Source: Terriglobia bacterium (GTDB taxonomy: Bacteria; Acidobacteriota; Polarisedimenticolia; Polarisedimenticolales; JAIQFR01). Taken from it: a stretch of 64,000 nucleotides of DNA. Made by a program: the position numbers and the translations under genes. Below the pieces are notes generated by a model. That model was not told the DNA's origin. It made no database searches and saw only the letters and a list, made by a program, of their open reading frames with translations. The DNA lies in NCBI GenBank assembly GCA_963748015.1, contig CAVVHE010000004.1, positions 96,001-160,000 on the forward strand. The letters run 5' to 3'. Positions 50,595-60,181 of the stretch are shown here, piece by piece (position 1 is the first letter of the stretch; every line of letters starts with the position of its first letter).

Positions 50595-52451
50595 TCAGCG
50601 CGGGCCCGGAGCGGCCGATGCCGCGAGGCGCCGCGCGAGCTCGAGGTTGCGCCGCGCTTCCTCCATGTCCGGACGCAGGCGCAGCGCTTCCTCGAGGTGC
50701 GAGATCCCCTCGTCGAGACGGCCGCCCCGCGCGAGGAGCGTCCCGAGATCGTAGTGCGCCGCCGCGTCGCCCGGGCGGACGCGGAGCCCCTCTCGGTAAC
50801 GCTCCGCCGCCTCGCTCGCGCGTCCCGAGCGGGCAAGGGCGTTCGCGAGTCCGAACAGGAGATCGGGATCGCCGGGGGCGGACCGTAGCGCCGCCTCGTA
50901 CTCCGCGACGGCTTCCCCGGCGCGCCCGGCCGCGGCGAGGAGGCCGGCCAGGGCGGCCCTCGCCGCGTCGGACCCGGGCCGCAGCCGGACCGCCTCGCGA
51001 AGCTCGGCGAGCGCGTCCGCGGAACGCCCCGAGCGCGCGAGCAGGAGACCGAGGTTCTCGTGGGCGCCCGCGTGGTCGGGCTTCAGGCGGACCGCGTCCT
51101 CGAGGTGCGCGATCGCTTCTTCCGTCTCCCCGCGCGCCGCGAGCAGCCCCGCGAGATTGTTGTGCGCCATCCAGGCCGCCGGGTTCCGGGCGAGGGTGTC
51201 CCGCCAGAGGGTCTCCTCGTCACGGAACGCCAGGGACCGGTTCCAGGTGAGCGCGGCGAGCGCCACGAGCAGCGCGACCGCCAGCGCTCGCCCGAGCCAC
51301 GGGGGAGCGCCGAACCGTCTCAGCGCGAGGAAGGCGCAGGCGGCGAACAGCGCGATGGGCGCGGCGCTCGCGAGGTACTGGAAGTGGTCGGCGACGAAGG
51401 AGTACCGCATCGGGTAGACGTTGAAGAACCCCATCGCGGGGAAGAGCGTGACGAGGAACGCGCCCAGGGCGACGAGCGGCGCGGGGCCCATTCGCTTCCT
51501 GGAGGCCGCGAGCGCCGCTGCGGTCGCGACGATCGCCGCCGGCCCGAGCCACGCGGCGGCGTCCCTCGCGCTCACCGTCCAGCGCGGATAGACGAACGTC
51601 AGCCCCGACGGCCAGGCGAGCTTCGAGAGATAGAACCACGGCACCCGTCCGGCGAGAAGCAGGCGCTCGAGCGGCGGGAGCGACCACTCCGCCCCCTCCG
51701 CGCCGATCTGGTGCCGCTCGAGGAAGACCGTCGCGAGACCCGCGGCCGCGCCGGCGAGCAGCATCGCAGCGAGGAGGACGGCTTCCCGCCGGGCGAGTCT
51801 TCCGCTCTTCCACAAGGTGATCCCGCCCGCGACCACCGCCACCGTCGCGGTGACCGTCTTGCTCAGCAGGGCGAGCACGAACAGGACCACCGAGAGCGCG
51901 CCGGCCCGCGCGCGGCGGGTAGCGCCGGCCGCGCCCTGGGCGCTCGCCGCGCCGAGCGAGAAACGGAGCCACGCGAGCAGCGCGCCCAGCGCGAGAACCC
52001 CCGACAGGACGTTCTTGCGCTCGGATATCCACGCCACCGACTCGACGTGGACCGGGTGCAGCGCGAACACCGCGGCGGCAAAGAGCGCCCCGGGAGCCTC
52101 GAGGGCGGCCAGGATGCGCCAGAGGAGGAGCGCGCATGCCGCGTGCAGCAGCACGTTCACGAGGTGATAGCCGAGCGGGGACGATCCCCAGAGGCGGTGC
52201 TCGATCCAGAAGGTGGTGTGCGTCAGGGGGTAATACTGCGGCGTCGCGGAGGGGTCGAGCCAGATCCGCGCGAGCCCGGCCGCGTCGAGCAGCGCGGGAT
52301 TGCGGGTCACGTGATAGTCGTCGTCCCAGACGAAGCCGGCACGTAGCGCTGGCGCGTACGCGGCGAGCGTGGCGGCGAGGAGGAGCGACGCCGTCCACGC
52401 GAGGGATCGTTCGCTCGCCGTGCCGCCGCGCCGCCCCGGTCTCTCGGCCAC
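50595..52451 (-). CDS. TMTC-like GT-C membrane glycosyltransferase with C-terminal TPRs
   Basis: FVWDDD, YYPLT, HPVHVESVAWISERK, VADHFQY, then about 5 TPRs; start uncertain. Confidence 0.85.
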   Translation of the reverse strand: MAERPGRRGGTASERSLAWTASLLLAATLAAYAPALRAGFVWDDDYHVTRNPALLDAAGLARIWLDPSATPQYYPLTHTTFWIEHRLWGSSPLGYHLVNVLLHAACALLLWRILAALEAPGALFAAAVFALHPVHVESVAWISERKNVLSGVLALGALLAWLRFSLGAASAQGAAGATRRARAGALSVVLFVLALLSKTVTATVAVVAGGITLWKSGRLARREAVLLAAMLLAGAAAGLATVFLERHQIGAEGAEWSLPPLERLLLAGRVPWFYLSKLAWPSGLTFVYPRWTVSARDAAAWLGPAAIVATAAALAASRKRMGPAPLVALGAFLVTLFPAMGFFNVYPMRYSFVADHFQYLASAAPIALFAACAFLALRRFGAPPWLGRALAVALLVALAALTWNRSLAFRDEETLWRDTLARNPAAWMAHNNLAGLLAARGETEEAIAHLEDAVRLKPDHAGAHENLGLLLARSGRSADALAELREAVRLRPGSDAARAALAGLLAAAGRAGEAVAEYEAALRSAPGDPDLLFGLANALARSGRASEAAERYREGLRVRPGDAAAHYDLGTLLARGGRLDEGISHLEEALRLRPDMEEARRNLELARRLAASAAPGPR

Positions 52452-52455
52452 GCCG

Positions 52456-53127
52456 CTACCTCGATCCGGACGCGTGCCGTCCCCGCAGGCGGTCCCAGAA
52501 GCGGCGGAGCCGGCGCCCACGCGCGTACCAGGCCGCGGCTTCCTTCCCGACCGCGGCGATGGCCGCCGCCTCGTCGCGCCCGGTCCAGCGCGCCCTCATC
52601 CGGGCGAGAGCCACGAGGTCCTGCGCCGCGAGGCGTGCGAAGGCCGCGCGCCGGAAACGGCCCGGCCGCCGGCCGAGGACGAGGGCGGTGGCGAGATCCA
52701 CGAGGTGCACCGAGGGTCCCGGGCCGACGAGAACGTCCCGATGGTGAAGATCGCCCGCGGCGATTCCCCGCGCGTGGAGGCTTTCCAGGATCGCCCCGAT
52801 CCGGTCGAAGATCCCTTCGTCGAGCGCCTCGCCGCGAAGGTCGGCGAGCGTCTTCCCCTCTATCCACTCCAGGGCGAGCGCCCAAGGCCCGAGCCGGCCG
52901 AGGAATCGGGGCAGGCCCTCGACGCCCGCCGCCGCCCGATAGGCCGCCGCCTCCCGCCGGGTGAGCAGTCGCCCGATCGTCTGGCGTACCAGGAGGGGCC
53001 GCGGCCCGTAGTCCTTGACCGCCACTCCCTTCCCGTCGAGCCGGAAGAAGAGCACGTCGGCCTTGGTCCAGTTGCGCCCCGGAAGCCTTCGCAGGGGAGG
53101 GGCGGCCGCGAGTTGATCGGGTCTCAC
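52456..53127 (-). CDS. Kdo/WaaP/RIO-like kinase-fold protein
   Basis: VAVKDY, RREAAAY, LEWIEG, GDLHHRD, LVDLA. Confidence 0.75.
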   Translation of the reverse strand: MRPDQLAAAPPLRRLPGRNWTKADVLFFRLDGKGVAVKDYGPRPLLVRQTIGRLLTRREAAAYRAAAGVEGLPRFLGRLGPWALALEWIEGKTLADLRGEALDEGIFDRIGAILESLHARGIAAGDLHHRDVLVGPGPSVHLVDLATALVLGRRPGRFRRAAFARLAAQDLVALARMRARWTGRDEAAAIAAVGKEAAAWYARGRRLRRFWDRLRGRHASGSR

Positions 53128-53197
53128 GGAACCGGGCTCGGGTGTGCTAGACTTCGTCTTTGTGTCGAACACGCTAAGCTGCTGATATGGTTGAGGA

Positions 53198-53908
53198 TTG
53201 ATCCTCTTGACCCTCGTGGACCGGCTCAAGATACCATCCTCCACCGGGACCGACAATCGCCCGGCGGTTCCGACGCGCCCCCCGCGCCGCGACGAGATCG
53301 CCTCGGCGACCGTCGGGATGCTCAGGAAGGGGGGCCGGTTCAAGGCCGACCTGCTCCTCGTGGATCTGGGCGAGGGGGAGATGGTCGTCAAGGACTTCGC
53401 GGGCAAATCCGGATGGGGACGCCGCCTCGGCAGGATTCAGATCCGGCGGGAGCTCGAGGCCTACCGATGGCTCGGAAGGATGCCCGGCATTCCAGCTTTC
53501 ATCGGCGAGGTCGACGCGCTGGCTCTCGCAGTGGAGAAGGTCGAGGGACATCTGCTCCATGCCAGCCGGGACGGGAGCGAGAGCATGGAGGGCCCCGTCG
53601 CGAAGATCCGGGTGCTGATCGACCGCCTGCACGGCAAGGGTGTCGTCCACAACGACCTGCGCGGGCGCGACAATCTCATGCTGCGGCACGACGGCGACGT
53701 GGTGCTCCTGGATCTCGCCGGGGCGATCTGTCTCGCGCCGGGCGGCCTGGCTCACCGGGTGTTCTTCCGCTGGCTGGCCAAGACCGACGACTCGGCTTAC
53801 CTGAAGTGGAAAGAGTACCTGACCCCGGGAAGGCTGACCCCGGAGGAGAGGGCTTTTCTCCGCAGGTTCCGGATTCGAAGGCGCATGTGGCCGTTCAATC
53901 GCAAGTGA
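53198..53908 (+). CDS. Kdo/WaaP/RIO-like kinase-fold protein (paralog)
   Basis: MVVKDF, RRELEAY, VEKVEG, VHNDLRGRDN, LLDLA; start uncertain. Confidence 0.78.
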   Translation: MILLTLVDRLKIPSSTGTDNRPAVPTRPPRRDEIASATVGMLRKGGRFKADLLLVDLGEGEMVVKDFAGKSGWGRRLGRIQIRRELEAYRWLGRMPGIPAFIGEVDALALAVEKVEGHLLHASRDGSESMEGPVAKIRVLIDRLHGKGVVHNDLRGRDNLMLRHDGDVVLLDLAGAICLAPGGLAHRVFFRWLAKTDDSAYLKWKEYLTPGRLTPEERAFLRRFRIRRRMWPFNRK

Positions 53909-53929
53909 GCCCGCCATGGAGGCGACACC

Positions 53930-54661
53930 TTGACCCACTCGAGCCGCGAGCCCGACCTGTCCATCGTCGTTCCGGTGTTCGAGGAGCGGGACAACCTCGA
54001 GCCGCTCGTCGATGAGATCCTCGAGGTTCTCTCCCCGACGGGCCTCGCCGTCGAGATCGTGCTGGTGAACGACGGGAGCCGCGACGGCTCGGCGGAGCGG
54101 ATCGCGGAGCTCGCCCGGTCGCGGCCCTCGGTCCGCGGCCTGCACTTCCGCGAGAACCGCGGGCAGTCCGCGGCCTTCGACGCGGGGTTCAAGGCGGCGC
54201 GGGGCCGCTTCGTGGTCACGCTCGACTCCGACCTCCAGAACGACCCGCGGGACATTCCCGCCCTCCTCGACTCCCTCGAGGACCACGACGCCGCGGTGGG
54301 CTACCGGAGGATCCGGAACGACTCCTGGTTGCGGCGTGTTTCTTCCGTCATCGCGAACAGCGTCCGGAACGGGCTTTCCGGCGACGACATCATCGACACG
54401 GGATGTTCGCTCAAGGCCTTCAGGGCCGAGGCGCTGGTCGGCCTGAAGCTCTACACCGGGATGCACCGCTTCCTTCCCACGCTGCTCCGGATCGAGGGAC
54501 GCAGCGTCGTGCAGCTTCCGGTCGGCCACCGGCCCCGCCGGTCGGGACGGAGCAAGTACGGCGTGTGGAACAGGGTCTTCCGGTCGTTTGCGGATCTCCT
54601 GGCGGTCCGCTGGATGAAGAAGCGCCGCCTGGCGTACGAGGTGGTCCGCCATGATCCTTGA
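53930..54661 (+). CDS. GT2 polyprenol-phosphate glycosyltransferase (DPM synthase/ArnC-like)
   Basis: SIVVPVFEE, VNDGSRD, LDSDLQNDP, DTGCSLK, MHRFLP. Confidence 0.9.
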   Translation: MTHSSREPDLSIVVPVFEERDNLEPLVDEILEVLSPTGLAVEIVLVNDGSRDGSAERIAELARSRPSVRGLHFRENRGQSAAFDAGFKAARGRFVVTLDSDLQNDPRDIPALLDSLEDHDAAVGYRRIRNDSWLRRVSSVIANSVRNGLSGDDIIDTGCSLKAFRAEALVGLKLYTGMHRFLPTLLRIEGRSVVQLPVGHRPRRSGRSKYGVWNRVFRSFADLLAVRWMKKRRLAYEVVRHDP

Positions 54662-54938
54662 CCGGGTGCCGACCGGCTGGCTCCTCCTGGGGTTCCTGGG
54701 GCAGGCGGGCTTCTCCGCTCGCTTCGCCGTGCAGTGGATGGCGTCGGAGCGCCGGGGGGAAAGCGTGATCCCGTCGTCGTTCTGGTGGCTCTCGCTGGCC
54801 GGCGGCGCGCTCCTCCTCGCGTACGCGCTGCACCGCGGGGATCCGGTCTTCGTCCTGGGACAAGCGGCCGGCCTGGCCGTTTACGCCAGGAATCTCGTTC
54901 TCCTGAGGCGGCGGCCGCAGGGGGGGACGCCCGCCTGA
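54651..54938 (+). CDS. LAB_N (lipid-A-disaccharide synthase N-terminal domain) small membrane protein
   Basis: LGFLGQ..FSARFAVQW..SE...SVIP..FWWLS, DPVFVLGQ, YARN. Confidence 0.88.
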   Translation: MILDRVPTGWLLLGFLGQAGFSARFAVQWMASERRGESVIPSSFWWLSLAGGALLLAYALHRGDPVFVLGQAAGLAVYARNLVLLRRRPQGGTPA

Positions 54939-54963
54939 CGTCCCCGTCCGCCGGAGCCGGCGA

Positions 54964-56199
54964 TCACCTCTTGCGGGCCGGTGGGCGCACGAGAACGCCC
55001 TCCATCTGAGCGTAGTAGCCGCGGCGCGTCGTGACCTTGAGTCCCGGTTTCGCCACGGTCACCCGGATTTCCCTCCAGGTGCCGTCGTGGCGCGAGTCGT
55101 CGGGCTCGTACGCGAGCGAGTACTGATGGCGTAGCTCCTGGGCCACCTCGTCGAAAGCTCTGCGGATCTGCCACGACCGGGAGGAGAAGATCGCCCTCCC
55201 TCCGGTGTCTTCCGCCATGGCCTTCAGGATCGCCTCGAGCGACCGCTTGCCCTCGAAGTCCATCTGCGAGTCGAGGCGATGGCCGACCCCGACGGTGAAG
55301 ATCATCACCTCGTTGCGCAACGCTCGGTCGAGGGCTTCGTGCAGCGTGTGAAGGCTCCCGGGCTCGAGTCCGCTCGCGGCCTCGTCCCTCCCGTCCGAGA
55401 GAAGCACCAGTACCCGCCGTCCTTCGAACTTCTCCAGCTGGTCGGCGGCCCGGTAGACGGCGTCGTAGAGGGCGGTGCCACCGCTGGCGGCCGTCCCCCG
55501 TATCGCGTCGGCGACGGCCGCGCGGTCCGTGGTCAGCGGCTGCGCGATCCGGACCGAATCGCTGAAGGTGACGAGCTGCACCTCGTCGTCGGGCTCGAGC
55601 AGCTTGAGGAATTCGAGCGCGGCCTCCTGGGCAGCCTCCAGCCGGCCCCCCTTCATGGACAACGACACGTCGAGGACGAGCGCGACGCGGAGCGGCTTCC
55701 AGTCCGTGCCGAACCGGTCGACCGTCTGGGGCCTCCCGTTCTCCAGGATGCGGAAGTCGTCCTTTCCCAACCCCTGGACGTAATTGCGATTGGAGTCGCG
55801 CACGACCGCGTAAACGTTCACGAGGTCCACATTCTCGACGAAGTCCGCGCGGAACGGGGTGACGCGCACCGTCTCTCTCGCGTCGGTCCCGTCGGAAAAG
55901 TACGCGACCGCCTCGAGGCGGTGCGCGGCAGACCCGTCTCCGGCGTCCCACTCGGCGCGCCACGGAGGCGACTCGACCGTCGCGAGCGCCTTGCCGTCCA
56001 CCGAAAAGTCCACTCGCCTGACCGAGCCGCCCGGGGGCGGCTCGACGGTGACCTCGACACGGACCTTCCCGACCACGGAGCCGAGGTTCGCGGGGGAAAG
56101 GAAGCGGACGGACCTCCCGGCGCCGACGGCGACGGTCAGCGCCAGCGCGAAGGCAACGAGCGCGGTCACGAGAGCGGATCGCCGGATCGTGGGGCTCAT
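54964..56199 (-). CDS. Ig-like plus VWA domain exported protein
   Basis: Signal peptide, VRRVDFSVDG, MIDAS DVSLS, TALYDA, LSDG, QYSLAY, TRRGYY. Confidence 0.87.
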   Translation of the reverse strand: MSPTIRRSALVTALVAFALALTVAVGAGRSVRFLSPANLGSVVGKVRVEVTVEPPPGGSVRRVDFSVDGKALATVESPPWRAEWDAGDGSAAHRLEAVAYFSDGTDARETVRVTPFRADFVENVDLVNVYAVVRDSNRNYVQGLGKDDFRILENGRPQTVDRFGTDWKPLRVALVLDVSLSMKGGRLEAAQEAALEFLKLLEPDDEVQLVTFSDSVRIAQPLTTDRAAVADAIRGTAASGGTALYDAVYRAADQLEKFEGRRVLVLLSDGRDEAASGLEPGSLHTLHEALDRALRNEVMIFTVGVGHRLDSQMDFEGKRSLEAILKAMAEDTGGRAIFSSRSWQIRRAFDEVAQELRHQYSLAYEPDDSRHDGTWREIRVTVAKPGLKVTTRRGYYAQMEGVLVRPPARKR

Positions 56200-56300
56200 C
56201 TCTTCTGTGTCCTTCGCGGACGGTCCTGCGCCGCGACCATCATAGCTCCCCGGCCGGGGGAAAGGCCATGGCTCGCGGCGCGGAGCGGTCGTGCGCGGCG

Positions 56301-58349
56301 CTATCCCCGCGCGGGATCGGGGACGATGCGGCGGACCTGGAAAACCGCCAAGCGCCCCTCGCCGTCCACGCCGAACTCCACGTCCTGCGCGCGCCCCGTC
56401 GCCGCTTCGAGGGCGGCGGCGAGGGCCGCGAGACGCGACAGTTCCTCGCCGTCGAGGCACGGGCGGCCCACCCTGTCGGGGGGCAGGGGAGCCTCGACGG
56501 TACCGGTGCCGGCGGGATCGAGCGCGAGGAAGGTCGCGGCGGCGCCGGACTCCGCGGAGACGAGCTTCCCGGTGCCGCGCCGGACGCGGTACACGTCTCC
56601 TTCGACTTCCCCCTGGGAGATCGCCTCGCCGAGACCCCACGCCGCGTTCACCAGGAGCGTCCCGGCGTCGCCCGAAGGGTCCTGGGTGAGAAGGACGCCG
56701 GCCGTTCGCGTCGGGACGGCCTCCTGGACCAGTACCGCCTGGCTCGCTTCCAGCGGGGAGATGCCGAGCGCTCCCATGGCGCGGAGCGCCCGCGCATTCC
56801 AGAGCGACGCCCATGCCAGCCGGATCCGGTGCATCAGCTCGTCGAACCCGGCGACGCCGAGCCAGCTGTCGAACAGACCCGCGAGAGATCCTTCCGGGCC
56901 GTCCTCGATCGTCGCGGAGGACCGGACCGCGAGCCTCGACGGACCGATCTGCTTCAGGGCGGTCTCGACCGGCCGGAGAACGTCATCCAGGACCTCGCCG
57001 GAGAGGAGAATCGCCCGGGCCCGCCGGGACAGCGCCGCGGCATCCCGGCACTCCCGCACGGCCTCGCTCAGGCGCTCGCCTCGCTCGCCGAGGAGGTGCA
57101 GCCGGTAGGCCGCCGTGGTCACGACGAAGCCGCGCGGGATCGTGCACCCCGCGGGGAGCGCCTCGCAGACGGCGAGGAGTCCCGCGGCCTTTCCGCCCAC
57201 GACGGCGCGGTCCGCCGGGGTCCCGCCCGCGAGCGGCACCACGAGGCCCGTTCCGGAGCCCTCGCGCTCGCAGGCCACCACGCGGGCGAGCCGGGACTCG
57301 AGGCGCGCCAGGGCGTCGTGCGCGATCCCGGCTGCCCTCGCCCGCCGCGCCAACCCGAGGAGCCCCCCGAGGCGCGAGCGGAGGGTGGCGTCGGGCCATT
57401 CGTCCGCGGCCTTTACGTCCGCCCCGAGACGCGCGGTCAGCTCGTCCCGCCGGCGCCCCGCCTCGGCGAGAGCCGGATCGAGGAGGCCGGCCAGCGCGGC
57501 CGGATCCACCGCGAGATCCTCGAGGCGATCGAGATCCGTCCGGACGGCCTCGCGCAGGGATCGCGCGGCGCGATCGAGCGCGTCGAGGTCGTCGTGGAGC
57601 GGGAGCGCCGCGAGCGCTTCCTCGGCTCGGGAGCGGGCCGATGCGACCGTCCTCTCGCGGAGGTCGGCGGCGCACGAGGCGGCCTCCGGTCCGGCGGAGG
57701 GCGAGGCTCGCAGCGCCGCGATCAGTCGCCGTGCGACGGACCCGGCCGGGAGCGCCCGGTACAGGACGGAAGCTTCCATCACATAGGCGATCACGAGGGC
57801 GCCATGGGTCGAAGCGAGGTCGACGATCGCGCGCATCGGGGCGGGGTCGTCCGGCCCCCCGGCGAGATCGCGAAGGGCGGCATGGGCCCTCCGGATCGCG
57901 TGTCTCGCGTCCTCGTCGAGCCCGCCGGGGATGCCGACCTTGCCGGAAGTGCCGTCGATCGTCGCGACGTCGCCTTCCCGCAGCACCGCGCGCTTCTCCT
58001 CGCCGCCGACCACGTCAAGGAGCTCGAGCAGCTCTTCTCCGGAATCCGCGGGAAGAATGCGCGCGGGGCAGGTCGCGCCGAGGGAAACCGACGGCTTCCC
58101 GAACTCTCTCGAGAGCAGGCTGACGTGGGAGAGGAGCGATCCGGAGAGAGTGAGCGTTCCGGCCGACGCCAGGATGCGCCCCACGTCGTCGGGAACGGCC
58201 CGCTCGGCGACCAGGATCGCCCCCTCGGCGTCTTCCCGCGAGAGGCCCGGGGAGTTCCTGCGAAGCGGTCCGCACGCGAGGCCGGGAGCGGTTCCCTTGC
58301 CTCGCAGCACGAGAATGCTCCCGCGTGCGTACGCTTCGCGCTCGATCAT
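56301..58349 (-). CDS. PEP-utilizing/dikinase family protein (His swivel domain first, ATP-grasp domain last)
   Basis: GSLLSHVSLLSREFGKP near the N-terminus; VGGKAAGL, AVRSSATIEDG..SLAG, WGLGE, QDVEF and QVRRI in the C-terminal half. Confidence 0.85.
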   Translation of the reverse strand: MIEREAYARGSILVLRGKGTAPGLACGPLRRNSPGLSREDAEGAILVAERAVPDDVGRILASAGTLTLSGSLLSHVSLLSREFGKPSVSLGATCPARILPADSGEELLELLDVVGGEEKRAVLREGDVATIDGTSGKVGIPGGLDEDARHAIRRAHAALRDLAGGPDDPAPMRAIVDLASTHGALVIAYVMEASVLYRALPAGSVARRLIAALRASPSAGPEAASCAADLRERTVASARSRAEEALAALPLHDDLDALDRAARSLREAVRTDLDRLEDLAVDPAALAGLLDPALAEAGRRRDELTARLGADVKAADEWPDATLRSRLGGLLGLARRARAAGIAHDALARLESRLARVVACEREGSGTGLVVPLAGGTPADRAVVGGKAAGLLAVCEALPAGCTIPRGFVVTTAAYRLHLLGERGERLSEAVRECRDAAALSRRARAILLSGEVLDDVLRPVETALKQIGPSRLAVRSSATIEDGPEGSLAGLFDSWLGVAGFDELMHRIRLAWASLWNARALRAMGALGISPLEASQAVLVQEAVPTRTAGVLLTQDPSGDAGTLLVNAAWGLGEAISQGEVEGDVYRVRRGTGKLVSAESGAAATFLALDPAGTGTVEAPLPPDRVGRPCLDGEELSRLAALAAALEAATGRAQDVEFGVDGEGRLAVFQVRRIVPDPARG

Positions 58350-58386
58350 TCCGCCCGGATTCTACCAGGGCACCCCCGCCCTCCCA

Positions 58387-59559
58387 TCAGGGCGCGGGCG
58401 CGGCCGGGACCGGCGGACCGGCGACGGGAGGCGCCGGCGAAGGCGGCACGGTCGTCGCTCCGTAACGCTTCCCGCCGAAGCGGGTCAGGATCACGAGCCC
58501 CACCGCCATCGCATCGAGCACGAACCAGACGAGGGTTCCGATGCAGAACGGGAGGAACCGCAGGAGCGCGAACGGCAGGAACCCGAGAAGGATGGCGCCG
58601 AGGAGCGACATCTCGCGTCCCATCAGGCGCCCGATCCTCCTGCCGACGAACTCGAAGATGCCCCCGAGCCCCATCCACTTCACGATGACGAACGCGAAGT
58701 AGAGGAGCAGCGCCGCGGGGATCCCGATGATCGTGATGCACAGCAGGATCATCACCATGACCAGGACGATGTACCCCCCGAGACCGGCGAAGAACGCCAT
58801 GAACGGGTGGAGCGGGGCTTCCTCGCCGAGGAGCCGGATCCTGTCGGGGACGAACGCCGCGAGGAGCACCAGGCCGATGAACACGAGTACGAGCTTCAGG
58901 AGCTTGGCCCAGAAGAGGATGATGCCGAGCATGCCGAGCGGACCGGGCATGTGGGCGAGCCACTTCCCCCCGACGCCGATGTTGACCACCTGGCCGCCGA
59001 CGCTCGCGTCGCCGCGATCGAGGCCGCCGGCGACGTTGACGAGGTCCCTGCCGACGCTCGCTCCGGGATGGAGGACCAGCTTCGAGGCGACCCCGACCAC
59101 GCTCCCTCCGGCGGGCCCGTGCATGTCGAGCTTCCCGCCGATCACCACCACGTCGCGGCGGACCTTGCCGAGGATCTTGACGTTCCCGGCGATGCAGACC
59201 ACGCTTCCGGGGACCTCCGTCCCCGCCGGGATCTCGACGTCGCTCATCACGACGACCTTGTCCGGCCCGCTCGAGCCCTCGAAGATGGCCCCCTCGTCGT
59301 CGCCCTCGTCCTCGGCGGGCGCCGGCTCGGCCTCGGGTGCGGGAGGAGCGGCCGGTGCCGGCGAGGAAGCGGACGGAGCCGCGGGCTTCGGAGGGGCCTG
59401 CGGCTTCTCCACGGCCGGCGGGGTCTTCCCCGCGGCGGCCTGCGCCGGGGGAGGCGCGGCCTTCGCCTTCTCCTCGGCCGCGGCCGAGGCCGGAAGCAGC
59501 AGCGACGCAAGAAGGGCCAGGATCGCCAGGGCCCCGATGTTCTTCGCGTGGCGTCTCAT
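58387..59559 (-). CDS. membrane protein with beta-helix/polymer-forming-like extracytoplasmic domain
   Basis: Signal peptide, Pro/Ala linker, V/I-x-x-GG repeats, about 5-6 C-terminal TM helices. Confidence 0.75.
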   Translation of the reverse strand: MRRHAKNIGALAILALLASLLLPASAAAEEKAKAAPPPAQAAAGKTPPAVEKPQAPPKPAAPSASSPAPAAPPAPEAEPAPAEDEGDDEGAIFEGSSGPDKVVVMSDVEIPAGTEVPGSVVCIAGNVKILGKVRRDVVVIGGKLDMHGPAGGSVVGVASKLVLHPGASVGRDLVNVAGGLDRGDASVGGQVVNIGVGGKWLAHMPGPLGMLGIILFWAKLLKLVLVFIGLVLLAAFVPDRIRLLGEEAPLHPFMAFFAGLGGYIVLVMVMILLCITIIGIPAALLLYFAFVIVKWMGLGGIFEFVGRRIGRLMGREMSLLGAILLGFLPFALLRFLPFCIGTLVWFVLDAMAVGLVILTRFGGKRYGATTVPPSPAPPVAGPPVPAAPAP

Positions 59560-59570
59560 TTTGCGGCTCC

Positions 59571-60176
59571 TCATGAGCGGTCCGCCGGGACGCGGGCCCG
59601 GAGGTCGCGCCCGATGACCGCGGCGGTCATGGTCAGCATGGCAAGGACGATCACGGCCGCCGCTCCCACGAAGAGCGGCCGTGCGGCTCGCACCAATACG
59701 GAGGCTGTGGAGAGAAAGTCCCATGCGGCGCCAACGAGCGGCCTCAAGCTCGAGAGAACCTCGACCCACGCCCGGCCCAGCAAGGAGAGGAACCCCCCGG
59801 TCTCGAGGGTGGCGCGCCCCGCGCCGCGGGCGATGCCGAGCATCGAGGGGGCGAGGAACGCCCCGGACACGAGCACGGCGAAGGCGAGCGCCGCGGCCAG
59901 GGCACCCGCCCATGCGAGATGCCGGGCGGAGACCGGCTCCCGCCGCGGAGGGGCCAGCTCGTCCAGGGCCGTCATGACGCGCTCCGCCACGTTCACCCGG
60001 AACGGCGGTTCCGCCGCCAGGAGAGCCAGCGCGGCGTCGAGGCGGGCCTCGACCCTCGCGGCCTCCGCGCACGCCGCGCACCCTTCGAGGTGCTCGCGCA
60101 GGGCAGCCTCGGCCTCGGGGCGAAGCGTCCCCAGGCCCCTCTCGCCAATCACGTTCCTCGCGCTGCGGCAGATCAT
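59571..60176 (-). CDS. zinc-finger (zf-HC2) membrane anti-sigma factor
   Basis: MIC...HLEGCAAC (HxxxCxxC), TM helices; directly downstream of the ECF sigma. Confidence 0.85.
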   Translation of the reverse strand: MICRSARNVIGERGLGTLRPEAEAALREHLEGCAACAEAARVEARLDAALALLAAEPPFRVNVAERVMTALDELAPPRREPVSARHLAWAGALAAALAFAVLVSGAFLAPSMLGIARGAGRATLETGGFLSLLGRAWVEVLSSLRPLVGAAWDFLSTASVLVRAARPLFVGAAAVIVLAMLTMTAAVIGRDLRARVPADRS

Positions 60177-60181
60177 GTTCG

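Noticed and set aside
59320..59490. Pro/Ala-rich low-complexity tract as a tandem repeat element
   Set aside because: Ordinary flexible linker within a CDS; no DNA-level periodicity.
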